The notes beneath the pieces are model-generated. The model ran no database searches and was not told where the DNA came from. It was given only the letters and a program-made list of their open reading frames with translations. A stretch of 36,138 bases of DNA from an uncultured bacterium (GTDB lineage Bacteria > CAZSTA01). Position 1 is the first letter of the stretch, and each line of letters starts with the position of its first letter. Shown here piece after piece: positions 18,977 through 29,220 of the stretch. The stretch spans positions 1-36,138 of the forward strand of contig CAZSTA010000010.1 of NCBI GenBank assembly GCA_964609495.1, read 5' to 3'. Position numbers and translations under genes: made by a program.

Positions 18977-20152
18977 ATGGATAAATACAACAGTAAGATA
19001 AAGGAATTCTTAGCTAATTACCTAAGGCCCAGATCGAACTTATTATTAGAATTAGGCACTCCGCTACTTTCTCTCCTGATAGCTCTAGCGGTAGGAGCGA
19101 TAGTTATAATAATTATAGGAGAGAATCCTCTCAGCTTTTATAAAGTGCTATTTGGTTCTGCTTTAGGTAGAGTTACGGGATGGGGAAACGTTATCTATAA
19201 CGCTACTGGATTGATCTTCACTGGTTTAGCAGTCGCTTTTGCTTTTCGCTGTGGTCTCTTCAATATCGGGGGCGAGGGACAGATGATGATCGGCACTTTC
19301 CTCGCCACCTGGGTCGGTTTTACTTTCACCAATCTCCCCTCGGTGTTGCATATTCCCTTGTGCATCCTTATGGCGATGGTGGGAGGAGCATTGTGGGCTT
19401 CGCTCCCCGGCTTCTTGAAGGCTAGATTTGGGGTTCACGAGGTCATCAACACTATTATGTTAAATTGGATATCGCTATCATTAACTTTCTACCTGGTCCT
19501 GCGCTATAAAGCTCCGGCGACTGAGGCTATGAAAAAAGCTGGGGTGAAGCAGATGATTCCTCGCACCGCGGATATCATCAGAACCGCTTGGCTTCCTCGT
19601 CTTCACGATGTTTTGGCGCCTTTGGGGATCGACTTCCCCGCTAACAATCCAGCGAACGCCTCCATCTTAATCGCTATCGTAGCTATTTTACTGACCTACT
19701 ATCTACTCTGGAAAACTAAGTGGGGATATGAGATTCGGGCGGTAGGGTATAATCCGAGCGCCGCGGAATATAGCGGGATAAGTGTGACCAAAAATATAAT
19801 CCTAGCAATGGCGATCTCAGGGGCTTTTGCAGGTCTAGTTGTCACTAACCAAGTAATGGGTTTTAGACATCATTGGCGTCAGGAACTCTTCACTGGATTA
19901 GGCTTTGGAGGGATAGGGGTAGCCCTCTTAGGAAAGTGTCATCCCTTTGGGATAGTCCTTTCCGCTCTGCTCTTTGCCACCTTGAACTATGGGGCTTTAG
20001 CGGTAGATGTCTTCTTTCCCAAAGTCCCTCGGGAACTCGTTATGGTTTTAGAGGCGCTTATAATAATTCTGGTGGTAGTAAGCGATGAGATAATAAGGAG
20101 GAAACTCCAGCGTCGTCTCCAGGAGAGAGAGGCTGCTCTAGGGGAGACTTAA
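18977..20152 (+). CDS. Nucleoside-type ABC transporter permease (NupB/YufP-like)
   Basis: GLFNIGGEGQ, HEVINTIMLNWI and GYEIRAVGYNPSAAEYSGI motifs. Confidence 0.93.
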   Translation: MDKYNSKIKEFLANYLRPRSNLLLELGTPLLSLLIALAVGAIVIIIIGENPLSFYKVLFGSALGRVTGWGNVIYNATGLIFTGLAVAFAFRCGLFNIGGEGQMMIGTFLATWVGFTFTNLPSVLHIPLCILMAMVGGALWASLPGFLKARFGVHEVINTIMLNWISLSLTFYLVLRYKAPATEAMKKAGVKQMIPRTADIIRTAWLPRLHDVLAPLGIDFPANNPANASILIAIVAILLTYYLLWKTKWGYEIRAVGYNPSAAEYSGISVTKNIILAMAISGAFAGLVVTNQVMGFRHHWRQELFTGLGFGGIGVALLGKCHPFGIVLSALLFATLNYGALAVDVFFPKVPRELVMVLEALIIILVVVSDEIIRRKLQRRLQEREAALGET

Positions 20153-20162
20153 GACGGAGGGA

Positions 20163-21107
20163 TTGATAAATTTGCTAGGTGACATTATAAATGCTGAAAC
20201 CTTTGCCTCGGGGGTCCGTTTAGCAACTCCTTTAGCTTTAGGGGCGCTGGGGGGAGTATTTTCTGAGAGACCTGGTGTTGTTAATATCGCTTTAGAGGGG
20301 ATTATGCTTACCGGTGCCTTCACCGCCATTGCGGTAACTAATTTCACCCATAACCCCTGGCTAGGAATATTAGGAGCTATACTGGCTGGAGTTTTGATCG
20401 CTTTAGTTCATGCTATAAGTTGTGTAACTTTCAAAGCTAACCAGATCGTAAGCGGGGTAGCTATCAATATCTTCGGGAGTGGGATAACTGTCTTCTTCTC
20501 CTGGTTGCTCTTCAACGGAACTCAGATTATGGCTCTGGAGAGGTTGCCTATCTGGAAGATACCCACTTCGGAGAGTACTCCGCACTTTCTAAAGGTTTTG
20601 GTAACGCTCTTTGGCAATTATTCTCCTCTAGTTTATATCGCATTGCTCATAATATTAGTCTCCCATCTAGTTATCTATAAAACCCCCTTTGGTTTACGCC
20701 TTAGAGCGGTGGGGGAACATCCCCAAGCCGCCGATACCTTGGGGATAAGTGTAGATAAGATGAGATATATCGGAGTGATGTTAAGTGGGGCTTTAGCTGG
20801 CTTAGGTGGAGCTTTCCTCTCGCTAGAAGTAGCTCATTACTTCGTCAAGGAGATGACTGGAGGGCGAGGTTTTATCTCCTTGGCCGCGATGATCTTCGGA
20901 AAGTGGACTCCCTTAGGCGCAGCAGGGGCAGCCTTATTCTTTGGATTAGCGGAAGCTTTAGCTATTAGGTTACAGGCCTATAACATCCCGGTCCAATTTG
21001 TGAATATGCTGCCTTTCCTTCTAACTATGTTTGTATTAGTAAGCGCAGTCGGACGAGCTGTTCCTCCTGCGGCTGATGGGATACCTTACGAGAAGGAGGG
21101 TGGTTAA
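20163..21107 (+). CDS. Nucleoside-type ABC transporter permease (NupC/YufQ-like)
   Basis: SERPGVVNIALEG, GLRLRAVGEHPQAADTLGI and GRGFISLAAMIFGKW motifs. Confidence 0.93.
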   Translation: MINLLGDIINAETFASGVRLATPLALGALGGVFSERPGVVNIALEGIMLTGAFTAIAVTNFTHNPWLGILGAILAGVLIALVHAISCVTFKANQIVSGVAINIFGSGITVFFSWLLFNGTQIMALERLPIWKIPTSESTPHFLKVLVTLFGNYSPLVYIALLIILVSHLVIYKTPFGLRLRAVGEHPQAADTLGISVDKMRYIGVMLSGALAGLGGAFLSLEVAHYFVKEMTGGRGFISLAAMIFGKWTPLGAAGAALFFGLAEALAIRLQAYNIPVQFVNMLPFLLTMFVLVSAVGRAVPPAADGIPYEKEGG

Positions 21108-21159
21108 CCGATTTCGGTTGAGGGGAGATTTTCTCCCCCAGTGGAGGTGGTCTCGAAGG

Positions 21160-22233
21160 ATGACTGTAGGGACAAAATTAAAAAATAGAAGAGAGGCTGT
21201 GCAGCTCTCTTGGGAAGAGGTAAGCGATAGGACCAAGATTCATCGTAAATTTATCCAAGCTATGGAGAGTGAGCAGTATGACTTATTACCAGGGGGGATC
21301 TATACCAGGGGTTTTTTGCGTACTTATGCCGAGTTTTTGGGCTTAAACGCGGATGAGATAGTCCGAGAATATTTAGAGAACGAGAGCACTTACGAGGAAA
21401 GAGAAGAAGCTGAGATGAGGAGGGAGCTTTCCCAGGTCCAGCAGGTAGGAGGGAATGCAAGTGGAGATATAGGCGAGACTATCGAGGAATATAAAGAGCG
21501 TAGAGGTAACAAATTTATGTTGTTCTTGAGATATGTTATGCTCAGCTTGTTTATCTTGATATCGGCAAGTGTGATAATCTGGACTTTATGGCTCTCGAAG
21601 ATCGAAGAAAATCCTCTTGATACCTATTTCCCCTTTTCCTCTGCTACTGAGGATAATAGTGAGAAAGGCATTGAGGAGAGGGAATTTCCTATCGCTACTG
21701 AAGAGGAGATGCCAGAAGAAGTCGTTGAGGGAGAATTTGAGAGTACGCCTCCTCCAACTGAGGAAGTTGTTATGAAAGAGGAGGAAGAGGCTCTTGTTGC
21801 TGTTACAAGCGCTGGAGAGATTAGCAAGAAAGAAGAGGAAAAAAGCGAAGAAATCGCTTTCTCTCCAGCCAGTGAAATAGTTCCCCTCCCTATCGAGGAA
21901 GTTGTAGAACCTGCCGCAGAGGAGGTTGAAGTCTCAGAAGAGGGAGAGGAGAGCTTATCACCTGTAACCCTCTCTGAGAGTGAAAGTAAAGTTATCTTGA
22001 GGATAGTTGCCAGGGAAGAAGCTTGGCTACTGGTAAGAGTGGATGGAGAGAAAGTCTTAGAGAATGTCTTGGATCCTGGAGAAACTCGCAGTTGGGAGGT
22101 CAAAAAGGATATATTTATACGAATGGGAAACGCTGGGGGGACTGAAGTATATCTAAATGATGAATCTGTGGAGTCTTTAGGAAAGAGCGGAGAAGTTACT
22201 AACTGGGAATATTCGTTACCTCAGGAGCAATAG
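21160..22233 (+). CDS. rodZ: RodZ-like protein (HTH, TM segment, acidic linker, DUF4115)
   Basis: LPGGIYTRGFLRTYAEFLGL HTH, a single TM segment and C-terminal MGNAGG. Start moved to the ATG at 21160 after GGAGGTG. Confidence 0.88.
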   Translation: MTVGTKLKNRREAVQLSWEEVSDRTKIHRKFIQAMESEQYDLLPGGIYTRGFLRTYAEFLGLNADEIVREYLENESTYEEREEAEMRRELSQVQQVGGNASGDIGETIEEYKERRGNKFMLFLRYVMLSLFILISASVIIWTLWLSKIEENPLDTYFPFSSATEDNSEKGIEEREFPIATEEEMPEEVVEGEFESTPPPTEEVVMKEEEEALVAVTSAGEISKKEEEKSEEIAFSPASEIVPLPIEEVVEPAAEEVEVSEEGEESLSPVTLSESESKVILRIVAREEAWLLVRVDGEKVLENVLDPGETRSWEVKKDIFIRMGNAGGTEVYLNDESVESLGKSGEVTNWEYSLPQEQ

Positions 22234-22235
22234 GG

Positions 22236-23576
22236 GTGGAGGATTTACCCTATAGAATAAGCATAATAAGTTTGGGATGTCCTAAAAATCTGGTCGATTC
22301 CGAGATCATGTTGGGGGTCTTGGATCGGGCAGGGTATGAGATCACTCATATTCCCGAGGAAGCGGATATCATTATCGTAAACACTTGTGCCTTTATAGAT
22401 GAAGCTAAGGAAGAAGCGATCGATACCATCATTCAGGCCGGGCAATTGAAGGAAGAGGGTAACTGTTCGAAATTGATAGTCGCTGGTTGTCTGGCTCAGA
22501 GATATAAGGATGAACTGCTAGTTGAGATGCCGGAGATCGATGCTTTAGTGGGGGTAAGTGAGATAGAAGATATCGCTAAGGTAATTGATGAGGCTTTAAG
22601 AGATGGACGCCCTACTTGGGTAAAAGATCCGACTTATGCCTTAGATTATCCCCTACCTCGCTATCAACTGACCCCTTCTCATACAGCCTATATTCGCATA
22701 GCTGAAGGGTGCGATAATAGATGTTCCTATTGCGTTATACCCGACTTGAGAGGATCATATAGAAGCAGACCTATAGAAGATATACTAACCGAAGCCGAGA
22801 AGTTGGTAAAGCGGGGAGCGAAAGAATTGGACTTAATAGCGCAAGATACTACTAGATATGGATCGGATTTATATGGAAAGCCGAGCCTGATCGAGCTATT
22901 AGAGAAACTAGTCGGGATCGAAGATCTCAGGTGGATAAGGATACTATATGCTTATCCTCGTTATCTATCGTCCGAGCTTTTGGAGTATATAGCCTCGGAG
23001 GATAAGATATGCAACTATATAGATATTCCTCTGCAACATATAGATGATGATATTCTGAGGGCTATGAATAGACCATTTACTCTTAAGATATTGGAAAAGC
23101 TCATAGCTGAGATCAGAGAAATCATACCAGAAGTTACCTTGCGAACTTCGTTAATAGTTGGCTTTCCAGGAGAGACGGAAGTTCAATTCAAGAGGTTATC
23201 GGATTTTGTAGAGAGAACTCGTTTCGAGAGGCTAGGGGTCTTTACCTATTCTCAGGAGGAGGGAACTCCAGCCGCTCAGTTACCAGGTCAGATCTCAGAT
23301 AAGGTAAAGCGTGAGAGAAAAGATCAAATTATGAGGTTGCAAGCAGATATATCTTATGAGATAAACGAGCATCTTATAGGTAAGGTTATCCCAGTGCTGG
23401 TTGAGGATCTCTCTGATGATTCGGATTTTCCCTGGGTAGGGAGATCGGAAAGAGATGCTCCTGAGATAGATGGGCTCGTCTATATCGCGGGAGACGAGCT
23501 GGAGATAGGAGATATTATAAACGTTAGGATAACCGAGGCCGATGTTTATGATCTATATGGCGAGATCGCTCAATGA
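22236..23576 (+). CDS. rimO: Ribosomal protein S12 methylthiotransferase
   Basis: SLGCPKNLVDSE, NTCAFI, CDNRCSYC radical-SAM motif, DAPEIDG and a TRAM domain. Confidence 0.97.
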   Translation: MEDLPYRISIISLGCPKNLVDSEIMLGVLDRAGYEITHIPEEADIIIVNTCAFIDEAKEEAIDTIIQAGQLKEEGNCSKLIVAGCLAQRYKDELLVEMPEIDALVGVSEIEDIAKVIDEALRDGRPTWVKDPTYALDYPLPRYQLTPSHTAYIRIAEGCDNRCSYCVIPDLRGSYRSRPIEDILTEAEKLVKRGAKELDLIAQDTTRYGSDLYGKPSLIELLEKLVGIEDLRWIRILYAYPRYLSSELLEYIASEDKICNYIDIPLQHIDDDILRAMNRPFTLKILEKLIAEIREIIPEVTLRTSLIVGFPGETEVQFKRLSDFVERTRFERLGVFTYSQEEGTPAAQLPGQISDKVKRERKDQIMRLQADISYEINEHLIGKVIPVLVEDLSDDSDFPWVGRSERDAPEIDGLVYIAGDELEIGDIINVRITEADVYDLYGEIAQ

Positions 23577-23615
23577 TGAGGAATATCTATTAGGAACGGG
23601 AGGGATAAACTATCG

Positions 23616-24881
23616 ATGTCAGCCGCTGAGATAATAACTGTTGGAACTGAACTCCTCCTTGGACAGATAGTTGATACTAATGCCGTCTATTTAGCTCAAC
23701 AACTGGCGGAATTAGGAATAAGCTTATACTATAAATCAACTGTGGGGGATAATAAAGAGCGTCTGACAGAGATCATCAAAAAAGCTCTCTCCCGCTCCGA
23801 TCTGATCTTCATAACTGGGGGCTTAGGCCCTACAATGGATGATATAACCAGAGAATCTATCGCTTCTGCTGTAGAGGAGAGGATAGTAGTAGATGAGGAG
23901 GCCGCCGAGCAGATAAGATCATACTTTAAGCGGAGAGGGCGGAGTATGGCGGAGAGCAATATCAGACAGGCTGAATTCCCCGAAGGGGCAAGAGCTATAC
24001 CTAATGGATATGGAACAGCTCCTGGAGTCCTTTGGCAGAAGGATAATAAGATGATCATCGCGATGCCTGGAGTTCCCACAGAATTTAAACATATATGGTC
24101 AGAGAAGGTTATCCCCATTCTCAGAGAGCAGGGTTTAATAGGTGAGACGATCATAAGATCGCGGGTGCTTCGTTTAGCAGGTATCGGAGAGTCCAGTTCC
24201 GAGAAGTTAGTCTTGGATATATTAGAGAAGCAAGATAATCCAACTATCGCTCCTCTAGCTCACTGGGGAGAGGTTCATTATCGTATCACAGCCCGAGGGA
24301 ATAGTGAAGAGGAGATAGAGAGGATGCTCGATGAGACTGAGGCGAAGCTCAAAGAGAGATTTGGCGACTACATATATAGTAGGGATGAAGAGACGCTTGA
24401 GCAGAGAGTTGCCTCTCTGCTCATCGAGAAAGGAAAGACGATAGCAGTAGCAGAATCTTGTTCTGGAGGACTTATATCCAGTCGTCTGACCGATATCCCA
24501 GGTAGTTCGAAATACTTCAATAGAGGTATCGTAGTCTATAGTAATGAAGCTAAAATTCAAATCTTGGGTGTTAAGGAGGAAATCCTTAGAAGATATGGAG
24601 CTGTTAGTTCCCAAACAGCTCAGGAGATGGCAAGGGGAGTTAGAGATATAAGCAGGACAGATCTGGGATTAAGTTCTACTGGTATAGCTGGTCCAACGGG
24701 GGGAACTCCCCAGAAGCCAGTAGGATTAGTTTATATAGCTTTAGCTGACAAGAAGGAAGTCAGATGTTCAAGGTTTATGTTCGGGGGAGAAAGAATTCGA
24801 GTCAAATATAGTACCTCACAAGCCGCACTGAATATCGTGAGGCTCCATCTTATAGGGAGTAACATAGAGATCGATCATTAA
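23616..24881 (+). CDS. cinA: Competence/damage-inducible protein A (CinA, with PncC domain)
   Basis: GTELLLGQIVDTNA, GGLGPTMDDIT, AESCSGG and TGIAGPTGG motifs. Confidence 0.97.
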   Translation: MSAAEIITVGTELLLGQIVDTNAVYLAQQLAELGISLYYKSTVGDNKERLTEIIKKALSRSDLIFITGGLGPTMDDITRESIASAVEERIVVDEEAAEQIRSYFKRRGRSMAESNIRQAEFPEGARAIPNGYGTAPGVLWQKDNKMIIAMPGVPTEFKHIWSEKVIPILREQGLIGETIIRSRVLRLAGIGESSSEKLVLDILEKQDNPTIAPLAHWGEVHYRITARGNSEEEIERMLDETEAKLKERFGDYIYSRDEETLEQRVASLLIEKGKTIAVAESCSGGLISSRLTDIPGSSKYFNRGIVVYSNEAKIQILGVKEEILRRYGAVSSQTAQEMARGVRDISRTDLGLSSTGIAGPTGGTPQKPVGLVYIALADKKEVRCSRFMFGGERIRVKYSTSQAALNIVRLHLIGSNIEIDH

Positions 24882-24898
24882 TAGGAGGTCTTCAAGAT

Positions 24899-25483
24899 AT
24901 GAGTATTCGTTCCTTCATCGCGGTTGAGTTAGAAACCGAGATCAAGAAGAGGATGGAGGAGTTTATCGATAAACTGAGGCCAGCAAAGGCTGGGGTTAAA
25001 TGGATCGAAGCTCAGAATATGCATATAACCTTAAGATTTCTAGGAGATATAGAGGAGAATATGATAACGAAGCTATCCCAGGCTTTGGAAGAGGTACTAA
25101 AGGATAGAAAGATCTTCATTCTGAAATTCGGTGGTCTAAATGCTTTTCCCAATCTAAGACGTCCTCGGGTTTTAGTCGTTGGGGTGCGCGAAGGAGCAGA
25201 TGGATTAGTTCGCATACACGATGAACTTGAGGAGAAGATCACGGAATTAGGGTTTGAGAAAGATGACAAGAAATTTTCCCCTCATCTGACTTTGGGGAGA
25301 GTTAGATCTAGCAAGAATAAGGATAGACTGATGGAGATATTCGCGGAATTAGGTCCAATAGTTGAAGAGCAAGGGTTAACTTCAAAAGTGGAGAAGGTAA
25401 TATTGATGAAGAGTCAACTCACTCCTCAAGGACCCACTTATACTCCCCTTAGCGAGTTTAAATTAACCTCCCTTCCAGATTAA
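24899..25483 (+). CDS. thpR: RNA 2',3'-cyclic phosphodiesterase (2H family)
   Basis: Two HxT motifs (HITLRFLG, PHLTLGR) and a KSQLTPQGPTY end. Confidence 0.95.
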   Translation: MSIRSFIAVELETEIKKRMEEFIDKLRPAKAGVKWIEAQNMHITLRFLGDIEENMITKLSQALEEVLKDRKIFILKFGGLNAFPNLRRPRVLVVGVREGADGLVRIHDELEEKITELGFEKDDKKFSPHLTLGRVRSSKNKDRLMEIFAELGPIVEEQGLTSKVEKVILMKSQLTPQGPTYTPLSEFKLTSLPD

Positions 25484-25497
25484 AGTAAACTTTTTAA

Positions 25498-25547
25498 TTC
25501 TGGTAACTTTCTAACCTTTATATTTTTGGAAGTGAAAGTTACCAGAA
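25498..25547. repeat. Perfect 14-bp inverted repeat with a 22-nt spacer
   Basis: ttctggtaactttc (25498-25511) and gaaagttaccagaa (25534-25547). Confidence 0.85.
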
Positions 25548-25748
25548 CACTTGAGCTTTATTGACTGCAAAAGTTTCCTTTATCCCCTGAGCCATATCCA
25601 AAGTTTAAAACAGAGCTGGATAACTCCTGCTCCATCTATATTCCAAGAATCTGGAGATTCCAAAAATTGGGATCTATCCTCCAGTTATACCTAGCTAAAT
25701 TATATGAGTAAAATGGTAAACTATTAAGATCACAACTAGGTATTGGCC

Positions 25749-25777
25749 TTGATATTTCTCATTTAGAGATATATTCT
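25749..25777 (+). promoter_or_regulatory. Candidate recA promoter
   Basis: TTGATA-N17-TATTCT just upstream of the AAGGAGG SD. Confidence 0.45.
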
Positions 25778-25800
25778 AATTAAGGAGGTTTTTACTATCT

Positions 25801-26871
25801 ATGGCAACTAAAGATGATAATAAGGACGGGGAAAAGGAAAAGGCTGTAGGGATAGCTATAACCCAGATCAGACGGCAGCATGGAGAAGGAGCTATTATGA
25901 GGTTAGGAGAACGTCCCAACTTAACGATAGAGTCGATTTCCACTGGTTCTTTACCCTTGGATATAGCTTTAGGAGTAGGAGGGATCCCTCGCGGGAGGAT
26001 CACGGAGATCTTTGGTCCCGAGGCGGCGGGAAAAACTACTTTAGGTTTACATGTGCTCGCTGAGGCTCAGAAGACAGGTGGAATTGCCGCTTTTATTGAT
26101 GTTGAACATGCCCTTCCGGCCGAGTATGCGCGAGAGTTGGGAGTGGATATAGATAATCTCTTGGTATCTCAGCCTGATACTGGGGAGCAGGCGCTCGATA
26201 TCGTTGAGACCTTGGTCAGAAGCGGAGCAGTTGATGTTATAGTTATAGATTCGGTTGCCGCTTTAGTTCCTCGGGCTGAGATCGAAGGGGATATGGGAGA
26301 TTCTCACATGGGGTTACAAGCTCGTCTGATGTCCCAGGCTATGAGAAAGTTGGCTGGGGCGATAAGCAAATCGAACACCAGCGTTATCTTCGTCAACCAG
26401 ATAAGGGAGAAGATCGGGGTGATGTTTGGAAATCCCGAAACCACTCCTGGCGGAAGAGCTTTGAAGTTCTACTCCTCCGTCCGTATAGATATTCGCCGTA
26501 TAGAGTCTTTGAAGGATCGAGATGTGCCAATAGGCATCAGAGTGAGGGCTAGAGTGGTGAAGAACAAGGTAGCTCCTCCCTTCCGCAAAGGAGAGTTTGA
26601 TATAATCTATGGGAAGGGCATATCCAGAGAATCTGGTATTATTGAAATGGGAGTAAGTCTGGGGATCATCGATAAGAGCGGTTCTTGGTACTCCTATGGC
26701 GATATGAGACTGGGTCAAGGTAGAGATAATGTTCGCAGTTATCTAGCTGACAATCCTGAGCTAGCCAAGGAGATCGAGAATAAGATCAGACAAGTTGTCT
26801 CTCCCCCTCCTGCTGAGGAGGAAACAGAGGAAGAAATATCTCCAGAAGAAGATGAGTTAGAGTTAAGTTAA
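25801..26871 (+). CDS. recA: Recombinase A
   Basis: [51 protein letters not shown] and KNKVAPPF motifs. Confidence 0.99.
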   Translation: MATKDDNKDGEKEKAVGIAITQIRRQHGEGAIMRLGERPNLTIESISTGSLPLDIALGVGGIPRGRITEIFGPEAAGKTTLGLHVLAEAQKTGGIAAFIDVEHALPAEYARELGVDIDNLLVSQPDTGEQALDIVETLVRSGAVDVIVIDSVAALVPRAEIEGDMGDSHMGLQARLMSQAMRKLAGAISKSNTSVIFVNQIREKIGVMFGNPETTPGGRALKFYSSVRIDIRRIESLKDRDVPIGIRVRARVVKNKVAPPFRKGEFDIIYGKGISRESGIIEMGVSLGIIDKSGSWYSYGDMRLGQGRDNVRSYLADNPELAKEIENKIRQVVSPPPAEEETEEEISPEEDELELS

Positions 26872-26898
26872 TTTTCCTCATAAGGAGCGTGATCTTGT

Positions 26899-27534
26899 AT
26901 CCCTAAAATAACCTCTATCGAAAGGCAGAAACGAAACCCCTCTCGCCTCTCGGTATTTATCGATGATAAATTCAGCTTTGGGGCGGAGGAGAGCGTTGTC
27001 TATTCTCTTGGTCTTGAGGAAGGTCAAGAGATCGATCGAGATAAGATAGAGGAAGCGTTGGAGCGGGAGGAATTCAGGAAAGCTAAGGAGTATTCTTTTC
27101 TCCTCCTGTCATCTCGTCAACGTAGCGTTTGGGAGATAGAGCAGAAACTTTCTCAGAAGGGATACCAAGAGATAACAGTCGATAAAGTCATAGCTTATCT
27201 ATCCGAACTCCATCTCCTTGATGATCGGGAATTCGCTCGAGCTTGGATAGAGGGGCGTCTGCGAGCAAAGCCGATGGGCTCCCATCGCTTAGCTTTGGAG
27301 CTTAGAAGGAAGGGGCTTGATGCTCAGCTTATCAAGGAGTGTCTAGCTGAATATTTTGAGGGTCTCGATGAGGTTGAGATAGCCAGATCTCTGGCTTTTA
27401 AGAGGCGTAAAAGATATAAAGATTTAGCTCCTGAGACGATCAAGCGAAGATTACAGAATTTTCTACTAAGAAGAGGTTTCTCATATCAGGTAATTAGTGA
27501 AGCTCTAAACGATCTTTGGGAAGATACCTATTAG
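26899..27534 (+). CDS. recX: Regulatory protein RecX (long form; apparent ATC start)
   Basis: RSVWEIEQKL, LLDDREFARAW and FLLRRGFSY motifs. The open frame extends upstream of TTG 27058 to (I)PKITSIERQKRNPSRLSVFIDDKFSF, the usual long-RecX N-terminus. Confidence 0.9.
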   Translation: MPKITSIERQKRNPSRLSVFIDDKFSFGAEESVVYSLGLEEGQEIDRDKIEEALEREEFRKAKEYSFLLLSSRQRSVWEIEQKLSQKGYQEITVDKVIAYLSELHLLDDREFARAWIEGRLRAKPMGSHRLALELRRKGLDAQLIKECLAEYFEGLDEVEIARSLAFKRRKRYKDLAPETIKRRLQNFLLRRGFSYQVISEALNDLWEDTY

Positions 27535-27566
27535 AAGTTGGACATTGACAATTGAATAGGAGGTGA

Positions 27567-29111
27567 GTGATTATCAATATCCTTAAATATCTTTTCGACA
27601 TAATTATCCTGATCGGATGTGTCGCTGGTGGCTATTGGGTGAGAAGATATATTGAGAAAAGGATGCTCTCCATTGCTGAGGAACGAGCGGCGAAGATCTT
27701 AGAGGATGCTGAAAAGGAAGCGGATGCGAAGAAGAAGGAAGCACTCTTGGAAGCTAAGGATGGAGCTTACAAAATCCGCATAGAAACTGAAAAGGAGATT
27801 AAGCGGAGTAAAAGGGATTTATCAAAGCTGGAAGAGCGTTTGCTAAAAAGAGAGGAAAATCTGGAGAGAAGGATTAACTCTCTGGAGAGAAGAGAGAGGG
27901 ATTATGCCAATAAGGAGAGGGCAATAAATAGGACAAGGGATGATCTAGCTAAACTGAAAGTTGAAGAGCTGAAGCGTCTGGAGAGAATATCGAATTTGAC
28001 CTCAGAAGAGGCCAAAGAGCTTTTGCTCAATGAACTGAAGAGCGAGATCAAGCAGGAAGCCTGCCTCCTCATCAAGGATGCGGAGGAGAAGGTTAGAAAT
28101 GAAGTTGATAGAAAATCTCGAGAGATCATAGTCCAAGCAATCACCAGTTGTGCAGTCGATATGACGGTCGATAATACTGTATCCTCGGTTCCCCTACCAA
28201 GTGAGAAGATGAAGGGACGGATAATCGGACGGGGAGGAAGGAACATCAGAACTTTGGAGATGCTAACAGGCGTCGATCTCATTATCGATGATACTCCGGA
28301 GGCGGTCGTCCTCTCAAGCTTCAATCCCTTAAGACGGGAGATAGCTCGTATCACTTTGGAGAAGCTCATCACTGACGGAAGGATTCATCCTGCTCGGATC
28401 GAAGCGATGGTCGAGAAAGCGAAGAGTGAGGTTAATAATAGCATTAGAGAGGCAGGAGAGCAGGCGCTCTTCGAGCTTAAGATCAACGGAGTCCATCCGG
28501 AGTTAGTGAGACTTTTAGGCAGACTGAAATTCAGGAGTAGTTTTGGACAAAATGTATTGAGGCATTCTTTGGAGGTAGCTCACCTAGCCGGAGTAATGGC
28601 AGCAGAGATAGGGGCAAATTATAATTTGACGAAGAGGGCTGGGCTACTCCATGATATCGGAAAGGCTATAGATCACGAGGTAGAGGGCCCACATGCTGCG
28701 ATCGGGGCTGAATTAGCGAGACGCTATAAGGAATCTCCGGGAGTTATTCACGCCATCGCCGCTCATCATGGCGAGGTTGCGCCTGAAACTGTGGAAGCTG
28801 TTTTAGTTCAAGCCGCCGATGCGATCTCAGCCTCTCGACCAGGATCACGCCGTGAGGTTTTGGAGGCTTATATAAGGAGACTGGAGAAGTTGGAGGAGAT
28901 TGCCGCTTCCTTCGATGGTATTCAGAGATCCTATGTGATACAAGCTGGGAGAGAGATAAGGGTAATGGTCCAGCCAGAGATAGTAGATGATCTAGGAACC
29001 GTTAGTCTGGTAAGGGATATAGTCAAGAGGGTGGAGAAGGAGTTAGAATATCCAGGACAAGTCAAGGTAACAGTCATTAGGGAAACTAGGGCTGTTGATT
29101 ACGCAAAATGA
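27567..29111 (+). CDS. rny: Ribonuclease Y
   Basis: N-terminal TM segment and coiled coil, KH motif [16 protein letters not shown] motif LLHDIGKA, and [14 protein letters not shown] end. Exact start uncertain. Confidence 0.98.
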   Translation: MIINILKYLFDIIILIGCVAGGYWVRRYIEKRMLSIAEERAAKILEDAEKEADAKKKEALLEAKDGAYKIRIETEKEIKRSKRDLSKLEERLLKREENLERRINSLERRERDYANKERAINRTRDDLAKLKVEELKRLERISNLTSEEAKELLLNELKSEIKQEACLLIKDAEEKVRNEVDRKSREIIVQAITSCAVDMTVDNTVSSVPLPSEKMKGRIIGRGGRNIRTLEMLTGVDLIIDDTPEAVVLSSFNPLRREIARITLEKLITDGRIHPARIEAMVEKAKSEVNNSIREAGEQALFELKINGVHPELVRLLGRLKFRSSFGQNVLRHSLEVAHLAGVMAAEIGANYNLTKRAGLLHDIGKAIDHEVEGPHAAIGAELARRYKESPGVIHAIAAHHGEVAPETVEAVLVQAADAISASRPGSRREVLEAYIRRLEKLEEIAASFDGIQRSYVIQAGREIRVMVQPEIVDDLGTVSLVRDIVKRVEKELEYPGQVKVTVIRETRAVDYAK

Positions 29112-29118
29112 GGACCAT

Positions 29119-29153
29119 AAAGGACGATCTAATACAGATAGATCGTCCTTTTT
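29119..29153 (+). terminator. Intrinsic terminator after rny
   Basis: Perfect 13-bp stem aaaggacgatcta/tagatcgtccttt with a 7-nt loop, ending in a T5 tract. Confidence 0.85.
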
Positions 29154-29220
29154 AAACTGGAGACTGGAAAATGATAATCACCATTGGCTTAACTGCCAAT
29201 TTACGATCTGGGAGGATTTA

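Noticed and set aside
21624..22103. 159-aa Ser/Thr-rich antisense ORF
   Set aside because: It is the mirror of the Glu-rich RodZ linker codons, with no independent evidence.
25484..25800. LexA box upstream of recA
   Set aside because: No GAAC-N4-GTTY match was found by eye.
3840..29220. Longer ORF-track starts for ylxR (3840), infB (4207), rbfA (6483), rodZ (21076) and the PHP gene (29095)
   Set aside because: They overlap upstream genes or a terminator. The downstream starts have proper SD spacing and match the family N-termini.
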